A stretch of DNA of 45,435 bases. Source: a bacterium (GTDB lineage Bacteria; Zhuqueibacterota; Zhuqueibacteria; Oceanimicrobiales; Oceanimicrobiaceae). The notes under the pieces are model-generated. The model did no database searches, was not told where the DNA came from, and worked only from the letters and a program-made list of their open reading frames with translations. The translations under genes were made by a program, and so were the position numbers. Position 1 is the stretch's first letter. Each line of letters begins with the position of its first letter. The stretch is from assembly GCA_046758765.1 (NCBI GenBank), contig JBHIAW010000003.1, positions 1 through 45,435 of the forward strand, given 5' to 3'. This document shows positions 38,810 through 45,435 of this stretch, piece by piece.

Positions 38810-39820
38810 ATGAATCTCAAAGAAATTGGCGAATTCGGCCTGATTGAGCGGATTAAGAAGATTGTTGACCTTCCCTCCCAGGGTCTCCTTGTTGGGATAG
38901 AAGATGATGCGGCAGCTTTCAGAATTTCAAAGAATCAAATTTTACTGCTCTCTACGGATGCCTTAATAGAGAGGATTCATTTCGATGTAAAATACTTTAG
39001 CTTTTTTCAACTTGGCTGGCGCGCCATGGCTGCCAATCTTAGCGACATCGCGGCTATGGGTGGATGGCCTCAATATGCAGTCGTGACTCTGGCAATTCCT
39101 CACACTATGCAAGTAGAATCTGTGGAGGAGATGTATCGAGGAATGAAAACCGTGGCCGACGAGTTTCACACTACCATCATAGGCGGTGATACTTCGCAGT
39201 CGCCAAACGGGATTTTGATCTCTTTAGCAGTAGTTGGGCAGGTGGCAGAAAGCGAGTTAACTCGGCGTTCCGGTGCTCAAATTGGGGATCCCCTTTTTGT
39301 CACAGGAACCTTAGGCAGCTCTCAAGCAGGCTTAAGAGTTTTGAAATCCCAAAATGCCTGGCTTAAAGAAAAATATGCTACGGTGATCGAAAGACATCTT
39401 TCACCTAAGCCTCGACTAAAAGAAGCCAACTTTCTTGCTACTCATTTTCCTATTCATTCTATGATCGACATTAGCGATGGCCTGGCACCGGACCTGGGTC
39501 ACATTTGCAAACAAAGTGGCGTTGGGGCCATCGTTTTTGGCGACCAGCTCCCTATCGATGCTGACACCAAAGGTACGGCTGAATATTTTGGCGATGATCC
39601 TGTGGAATATGTTTTGTACGGTGGTGAAGATTTTGAGTTACTTTTTACGGTTCCAGAGGAGAATGCTACTGAACTTCAAAAGAAATTTCATAAAATGTTT
39701 GGAATTTCTTGCGCAAAAATAGGCCAGATAATTGATAAGACTGAGGGCATCTATTTGGAAAAGTCAGATAATAAAAAGACCGCACTTATTTCCAAAGGAT
39801 ACGACCATTTTCGGGAATGA
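38810..39820 (+). CDS. thiL: Thiamine-monophosphate kinase
   Basis: GEFGLIERI, GI.DDAA, NLSDIAAMGG, IIGGDT, VTGTLG.S, MIDISDGL..DL.HI and GGEDFELLFT. Confidence 0.96.
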   Translation: MNLKEIGEFGLIERIKKIVDLPSQGLLVGIEDDAAAFRISKNQILLLSTDALIERIHFDVKYFSFFQLGWRAMAANLSDIAAMGGWPQYAVVTLAIPHTMQVESVEEMYRGMKTVADEFHTTIIGGDTSQSPNGILISLAVVGQVAESELTRRSGAQIGDPLFVTGTLGSSQAGLRVLKSQNAWLKEKYATVIERHLSPKPRLKEANFLATHFPIHSMIDISDGLAPDLGHICKQSGVGAIVFGDQLPIDADTKGTAEYFGDDPVEYVLYGGEDFELLFTVPEENATELQKKFHKMFGISCAKIGQIIDKTEGIYLEKSDNKKTALISKGYDHFRE

Positions 39821-39860
39821 GTACCCCTGGATAAGAGAGCCGAACTGATATTTTCTGTTT

Positions 39861-40469
39861 ATGAAACTCAAGGGCCTTATTGTTAGCATGAAAACAAAAG
39901 TTACTGACAATTTTGATCAATTTAAAAGCGAATATGAAAAATTAGCTGGGAGTGTTTATCTTGCTAATAACCCAACTCAAGCCATCCAATTTGTAGAACA
40001 AATTCTGTCGACCACGCACGTAACCAAGGCGGTGGTCGCTCCTATTCTCAAGGACATAGAAACCGGACTAATTAGGTTTCTTAAGAAGGTAAACTTTCCA
40101 ACCGTGACGATTAAGTCAGATGGGACTCCAATAGCTCACCAAATCAACGAAGCCGATGTCGGAATTACCACAGCGGAGTTTGCCATTGCTTTTACAGGTA
40201 CGATTGTTGAAGTGACGACCGAGGACGCCCATCGCTTGATTTCTTCTTTGCCCAGAGTACACATCGCGTTTCTTGATTCTTCCGAGATTGTTACGTCCTT
40301 AGACGAAGCTGCCCCAAAATTGAGAGAAATCTACCGAAGACATCAAGCAAATTGCACAGTGACTTTTATTTCGGGACCCAGTCGGACTGCAGATATCGAG
40401 ATGAAGTTATTCTTAGGAGTTCACGGACCACAGGAATCCCACATAATTGTGTGCGATTGGCAATGTTGA
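39861..40469 (+). CDS. lutC: LUD-domain protein (LutC/YkgG family)
   Basis: ADVGIT.A.FAIA.TGTI, SSLP.VHIA and FISGPSRTADIE..L..GVHGP. Confidence 0.88.
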   Translation: MKLKGLIVSMKTKVTDNFDQFKSEYEKLAGSVYLANNPTQAIQFVEQILSTTHVTKAVVAPILKDIETGLIRFLKKVNFPTVTIKSDGTPIAHQINEADVGITTAEFAIAFTGTIVEVTTEDAHRLISSLPRVHIAFLDSSEIVTSLDEAAPKLREIYRRHQANCTVTFISGPSRTADIEMKLFLGVHGPQESHIIVCDWQC

Positions 40470-40519
40470 AACCCTTAAATTCTAAATCGGAATATCGAAA
40501 TATGGAAACAATGCCGAAA

Positions 40520-40591
40520 TTTACCCCGTTAGATAACACATTAAATAATATGGCCACTATTGTTAGATAATCCTGTATCTAACGGGGTGAA
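40520..40591. repeat. Short inverted-repeat (MITE/REP-like) element
   Basis: Perfect 13-bp inverted repeat ACCCCGTTAGATA (40523-40535) / TATCTAACGGGGT (40576-40588) around a 40-nt AT-rich spacer, between lutC and the lutB-like gene. Confidence 0.7.
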
Positions 40592-40599
40592 AAATTCGA

Positions 40600-42768
40600 A
40601 TGTTCGAAACAATCTCAGCTCTTATGGGTTTGGTCATAAGCCTAAATCAAATGAGTTCACTCAGATATAGAAATCTTAATAATAAAATTTCGGAGACCCT
40701 AAAGGCGGAATCCCAAAGGAAGGCTCTTTTGAGTGCGGTACAGCGCGGTCGGAACGCACGCATGGAGGCGGTTCGCACTATCCCTGGAGGGGAAGCGTTT
40801 CGTGTTGAGGTTCGAGCGGCTAAAGAAAGGTGCATCGAAAGACTGGAGGAACTGCTTTCTCTATTTGCCGAAAAAGCCTCAGAGCGGGGCGCTAAAGTAT
40901 TTTTTGCCAAAACGGGTGAGGAGGCTTGCAATTACATTTTGAACCTGGCCAAAGAAAAAAACGCCCAAACCATCATTAAGTCCAAATCCTTGACCAGCGA
41001 GGAGATCGAGTTAAACCAACCATTAGAACAGGCAGGATTGCAAGTGATTGAAACCGATTTAGGCGAACGGATTATTCAAATGGCTGAAGAGAGGCCATAC
41101 CATCTGGTGTTTCCAGCGGTTCATAAAACCACTGCACAGGTTGCCGAGCTTTTCAGCAAAGAGACCGGGGAACGGGTCAAGAGCGAGCTCGGGGATATCA
41201 TGAGCCTGATGCGGCGGACTCTACGTCCGATATTCTTAAATGCTGATATGGGCATAACAGGCGCGAATGTCGCTATTGCTGAAACCGGCGCTATTGTTAT
41301 AGAAACTAACGAAGGAAATGGGCGGCTGGTAAGTTGTATTTCACCAGTGCATGTGTGTATTATGGGAGTTGAGAAGGTGGTCGAATCCATTGAGGACGCC
41401 GTGAAGATGATCTTAGCGCATCCGATTAGTGCGGTAGGCCAAATGCTGACGACTTACGTTTCTTTTATCGCCGGGCGGTCTCCTCTTGTTGTCGAAGATG
41501 GCCGCGAGTTTCACATTGTCATTTTAGACAACGGCCGCTCTCAAATGCGCAAGGATGCTTGGTTTCGCGAGGCGTTGAACTGCATCCGTTGCGGGGCCTG
41601 CATGAATATCTGTCCGACTTATGGTGTGTTAGGAGGTCATGTTTTTGGCTATATCTATCCCGGTCCCATTGGAATTCCTTGGACGGCCCAGGCTCATGGT
41701 CTAAATCGCGCGGCAGCATTTTGTGACCTTTGCATCTCTTGTGGGCTTTGTAAAGAGATTTGCCCGGCTGACATTGACCTCCCGATGATGATTACGAAAG
41801 TGAAGCACCAAGTTTTACAGAAGGAGTCCCAGCCGCTCGTAAATAAAGTTTTGATGGCGAATGAAACCTTTGCCAAAATCGGCTGCGCCACAGCGCCTCT
41901 CTCAAACTGGATTCTTAAGAGCAACGCAGTCAAAATCTTAATTGAAAAATTGGCTGGAATTGACAGACGAAGGAACCTTCCAAGATTTACACGCAAGACT
42001 TTTAAGAAGCGATTTATTAAGAGCTGGGTCAACGCGGAATCGGTAACTGGGTATAAAGTTGCCCTGTTCGTCGATTATTATGCCAATTATGTTGAGCCTG
42101 AACTTGGCATGTACGCCGTCAGTCTTCTAAAAAAAGGTCAAATAGAAGTGGTACTGCCTAAGCAAAGATCGAGCGGCTATCCTTACATTTCTTATGGGGA
42201 ATTGGATAAGGCAAAAACAGCAGCGGCTTATAATGTTCAGCAACTGTTCCCTTTTGTCAAGGAAGGCTACGATGTCGTTTCCATCGAGCCTACAGCGGTT
42301 TACGCCATGAAATTTGTCTATCCAAAATTGTTGGAGTACTCACCCGAGGCTCAGGCCGTAGCGGAAAATACGTTTGAGATTTTTGAATATGTAATGAAAT
42401 TAAATCAGGAAGGTTTCCTGCTATTTCCACCGCAGATTACAGAAAGGCGTAGATTCGGATTTCATATTCCGTGTCACCAGAGGGCGCTGAGCTCGTCCAC
42501 CCACTCCTTAGGTCTTTTGCGCTCTTTGGGATTTGATGTTCAAGTGATTGAAACAGGAACCTGCTGCGGCATGGCTGGCACCTTTGGCCTGAAACACGGT
42601 GCTTTGGGCTACGACCTTTCCACTACTATAGGTGAACCCCTTTTCGAGCTGTTTGAGAACAGTGACGTGGATGCCATTTTAACCGAAAGCAGTGTCTGCA
42701 AGATGCAATTGGAAGATGGTACGGGGTTGGAGGTTTTGCATCCGTTGGAATTGATTGCACGGGTTTGA
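40600..42768 (+). CDS. LutB-like protein (LUD + 2x[4Fe-4S]) fused to GlpC/LutA-like CCG domains; lactate-utilisation-type oxidoreductase; start may be ATG 40651
   Basis: KSKSLTSEEI, ETDLGE.IIQ, GITGAN..IAETG...TNEGN, ILDNGR, CIRCGACMNICP, YPGPIG, CISCGLCKEICP, then HIPCH...CCGMAGTFG...SVC..QL. Confidence 0.85.
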   Translation: MFETISALMGLVISLNQMSSLRYRNLNNKISETLKAESQRKALLSAVQRGRNARMEAVRTIPGGEAFRVEVRAAKERCIERLEELLSLFAEKASERGAKVFFAKTGEEACNYILNLAKEKNAQTIIKSKSLTSEEIELNQPLEQAGLQVIETDLGERIIQMAEERPYHLVFPAVHKTTAQVAELFSKETGERVKSELGDIMSLMRRTLRPIFLNADMGITGANVAIAETGAIVIETNEGNGRLVSCISPVHVCIMGVEKVVESIEDAVKMILAHPISAVGQMLTTYVSFIAGRSPLVVEDGREFHIVILDNGRSQMRKDAWFREALNCIRCGACMNICPTYGVLGGHVFGYIYPGPIGIPWTAQAHGLNRAAAFCDLCISCGLCKEICPADIDLPMMITKVKHQVLQKESQPLVNKVLMANETFAKIGCATAPLSNWILKSNAVKILIEKLAGIDRRRNLPRFTRKTFKKRFIKSWVNAESVTGYKVALFVDYYANYVEPELGMYAVSLLKKGQIEVVLPKQRSSGYPYISYGELDKAKTAAAYNVQQLFPFVKEGYDVVSIEPTAVYAMKFVYPKLLEYSPEAQAVAENTFEIFEYVMKLNQEGFLLFPPQITERRRFGFHIPCHQRALSSSTHSLGLLRSLGFDVQVIETGTCCGMAGTFGLKHGALGYDLSTTIGEPLFELFENSDVDAILTESSVCKMQLEDGTGLEVLHPLELIARV

Positions 42769-42889
42769 GAATGTAAGAATTAGGATTTAGCTGCTTAGCT
42801 CTAATAAAGTCTTCTTCTTTTCTGTTTTAAAAGGTAAATCTCATTCCCTTCATTAAATGTAAATTTTTTCAGAGAGTTTATATTTTCTA

Positions 42890-42918
42890 TTGACTTCTGT
42901 CTGGATTTTTGTTAATTT
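42890..42918 (+). promoter_or_regulatory. Putative sigma70 promoter
   Basis: TTGACT (42890-42895), a 17-nt spacer ending in TGT (extended -10), and TAATTT (42913-42918). Confidence 0.5.
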
Positions 42919-42967
42919 TATTCGGTTTGCAAATAAGATTTTACACCAACAACAAGAAGGAGGAAGT

Positions 42968-44395
42968 ATGAAACTGCTTAAAATGGGCAGATCTCTGTCA
43001 ACTCATTTTTCAGAGTTACTAGGGGTGATTATTGCATTCTTAATTTCGGGGGCTATCCTGTTATCTAGTTCCTACCTCTGGGCGGGTGGGGGCCCAAATG
43101 TTAGTGGAGCAAAACTCTACATCCAGCAAAACAATTTGGACCAGGCTTTGACAGTCCTATTGAAAGAAATTCAAGAGGTAAAACCAAATAACGAGGATGC
43201 GTGGTATCTTCTGGGATATGTGTACGCACGACAACAAAAATACGATAAAATGATGGAAGCCTTCAACAAGGCCTTAGAGTTAAAACCTAAGTTTATGGAC
43301 AAAGGTATTAAGATTAACAAAGATACTGGGACTCAATTTCATTCCCAGTTTGGGGTAGAAATGATTACACGGATTGTATGGGGTAATTCTTTTAATCGTG
43401 GCGTCAGATATTTTAACGATGCCATAAGTTCAGAATCAGACTCCGTTAGAACTGCTAATTTTGAAAAAGCTGTTGATGCTTTTAGAGCGGCTGCTCTCAT
43501 TAAGCCAGACAGCACGCTTTCTTATAGAAATATGGCAGCGGCTTTATTAAACATGGGTAAAATCGAGGAATGTATTGAACCCTTAAAACAAGCAATTGCG
43601 CGTAATCCAGCGGATTTTGAAACTAAAATTATGCTTGCTACGGCCTATATGAACTCACAGCGAGATAGTCTGGCTTTACCAATTCTCGAAGAGCTTTGGG
43701 CCGACGGACACCGTAGTGAGGAGGTGGCGGATTACCTTTCTCAAGTTTACGTTCGGACCGGCAAAACGGAACAGGCGAAATTGGTTTACAAAGAAGCGAT
43801 CGAAACCAATCCTGACAATTTTCATTTTCGGTATAATTATGGCACGATACTTCTTGAAGCCAATGAATATGATTCAGCCATTGAACAATTTCTAGGCGCT
43901 TACGAAATTGATCCTGAGTCTGCGGATATAAACTACAATCTCGGAGCGGCCTACTTGAACCGAGGGGTAGCCAAGCGCGACGCCTTACCCGAAGATTCTG
44001 AAGACCGGTCCTATATCGAAGATTTTAAATTGGCATTTCCATATCTTGAAAAATCCATCAAAATGAATCCGTATGATGAAAAAACCTGGTTTACTTTTGG
44101 ACAAATCGCAGGTAAGCTAAACAAAATTGCTTTAGCCGGATATGCTTTTTCCAAGGCTGAACCTCAAAGGAGTGTACTCGATGACAAAGTGATTGTGGGT
44201 ATGCAGAGCTCTACTCTTAAGATGATCCTCGGTGAACCAGATCACATAAATCCAATTGAGTCGGAAGTGTTCAGCACTGTGGAAGAATGGGTTTATAAGA
44301 AACGCCCCGCTTCTAAGGGCAAATTAGCCATACCTGATCAGTTGAATGTGTATGTCGATAATGGCCGTGTAGAGGCATTTATGGTCTTCAAATAG
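42968..44395 (+). CDS. Exported TPR protein with a C-terminal SmpA/OmlA(BamE)-like domain
   Basis: RBS AGGAGG before ATG 42968, a hydrophobic signal/TM segment, multiple TPRs (AWYLLGYVY, YNYGTILL, YNLGAAYLN) and C-terminal VGM......ILGEP.....EEWVY.....VYVDNGRV. Confidence 0.75.
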   Translation: MKLLKMGRSLSTHFSELLGVIIAFLISGAILLSSSYLWAGGGPNVSGAKLYIQQNNLDQALTVLLKEIQEVKPNNEDAWYLLGYVYARQQKYDKMMEAFNKALELKPKFMDKGIKINKDTGTQFHSQFGVEMITRIVWGNSFNRGVRYFNDAISSESDSVRTANFEKAVDAFRAAALIKPDSTLSYRNMAAALLNMGKIEECIEPLKQAIARNPADFETKIMLATAYMNSQRDSLALPILEELWADGHRSEEVADYLSQVYVRTGKTEQAKLVYKEAIETNPDNFHFRYNYGTILLEANEYDSAIEQFLGAYEIDPESADINYNLGAAYLNRGVAKRDALPEDSEDRSYIEDFKLAFPYLEKSIKMNPYDEKTWFTFGQIAGKLNKIALAGYAFSKAEPQRSVLDDKVIVGMQSSTLKMILGEPDHINPIESEVFSTVEEWVYKKRPASKGKLAIPDQLNVYVDNGRVEAFMVFK

Positions 44396-44577
44396 TCAAA
44401 TAATTTTTGAGAAGTTAATGATATTTTTAGAGGCCACTCAATTTCAATTCTTGCAATGGCTTGTTGGTTACCATATCAAGAAGTTGGATGAAATTGGGTG
44501 GCCAACTAATTTATTTAAATACCGACGACATTACTCTCCTTTATTGCTTTCCTTTTGTATTGGATATATTATAAGAA

Positions 44578-45435
44578 TTGAACACACCACAATTTACACA
44601 ATACGAAAACTTTCGTGACTTTTATGAATCAGTTGGACAACTTTATCCAGAAGAAAGAATAGTTTATGATACACTCAGGGGCAGGCTACGCCGGCGGTTT
44701 GTACTAAATTATTTGAATAGATTTCGCGGCAAATTATTAGACCTGGGCTGCAACCGCGGATTCTATATTTCACAATACAAAAATGGTGATGCGGTTGGGA
44801 TAGATATTGCTTATGCTGTTCTTGAGAAAGCTCATGAACGCTTTCCTCAAGGTTGCTTCATCCAAGCTGATGCTCAGGACCTTTCATTTCTTCGTTCCGA
44901 GTCTTTTGACTCAATCTTATGCTCTGAAATGATAGAACATGTACCACATCCTCAAAAAGTGTTTGCTGAATGCTTTCGGGTTTTGAAGCCACAAGGAGTG
45001 TTACTAATCACGACTCCTAATTATAAAAGAAAAAAGCCGACTTGGACGTCTGTGGGCCAAATGAAGGATTTTGGAGTAAGAGGCATTAAGGGAAATCACT
45101 ATTTTCACACCGCATTTCGTCCTGAGGAATTGAAATCGTTGGCTGAAAATAATGGATTTCAAGTTCTCGAATATGGAACTTTTGAAAAAGAAGTAAAGTA
45201 CTCAACACGTATTCCAGTGTTATTCTATCATATTCTACGTCTTCTTAATAGGTCTTTATTTCGGAGTAAGAGAATCGAAGATTTTGATGAAATGATGTTA
45301 GAGCGATGTAGTCTTTTGATTTACAAACTCTGCGCTCGACTGAGATTGAATAATCTCTTGATGCGACTGGTCAAAGAGGGTGTACGCTCTTACCTATTCG
45401 CTACGAAAATTGGTGACTATTCAGGCTGTCATTCT
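44578..45435 (+). CDS. Class I SAM-dependent methyltransferase, 3' end runs off the window
   Basis: Manual translation from TTG 44578 (in-frame TAA just upstream): ...LLDLGCNRG...VGIDIA...IQADAQDL.F..ESFDSILCSEMIEHV..P......RVLKPQGVLLITTPN. Confidence 0.85.
   Translation, partial: MNTPQFTQYENFRDFYESVGQLYPEERIVYDTLRGRLRRRFVLNYLNRFRGKLLDLGCNRGFYISQYKNGDAVGIDIAYAVLEKAHERFPQGCFIQADAQDLSFLRSESFDSILCSEMIEHVPHPQKVFAECFRVLKPQGVLLITTPNYKRKKPTWTSVGQMKDFGVRGIKGNHYFHTAFRPEELKSLAENNGFQVLEYGTFEKEVKYSTRIPVLFYHILRLLNRSLFRSKRIEDFDEMMLERCSLLIYKLCARLRLNNLLMRLVKEGVRSYLFATKIGDYSGCHS

Noticed and set aside
44418-44618. 66-aa ORF before the methyltransferase
   Set aside because: It has no motif or clear RBS and overlaps the start of the methyltransferase frame.

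Overview
This window spans a bacterial chromosomal replication origin. Gene content suggests an FCB-superphylum lineage such as KSB1/Calditrichota; this is inference only. Left of the origin all genes are on the minus strand: dnaA-dnaN-recF-dciA-gyrB-gyrA, a conserved hypothetical, bioY, a glycoside-hydrolase-like gene, anmK, a three-gene signalling cassette and a truncated GlmU-like gene. Right of it all genes are on the plus strand: rpmH-rnpA-yidD-yidC-mnmE-mnmG-rsmG-mfd, two parvulin/SurA PPIases, a DUF456/DUF4159/DUF4175/TPR/GATase-like envelope cluster, yjbQ-thiL, a LutC plus LutB-CCG fusion, a TPR-BamE-like protein and a truncated methyltransferase. Non-coding signals include DnaA boxes with a DnaA-trio unwinding element, two parS sites without adjacent parAB, divergent sigma70 promoters, a terminator and a ~70-bp inverted-repeat element. 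The best candidate for an undescribed system is the AT-rich, translationally coupled cassette at 1015-4684. It encodes a soluble GAF-GAF-PAS histidine kinase, a receiver protein with a non-DNA-binding C-terminal domain, and a standalone caspase/gingipain-fold (clan CD) His-Cys protease-like protein. Together these suggest a two-component-controlled protease switch inserted in a cell-wall recycling operon.
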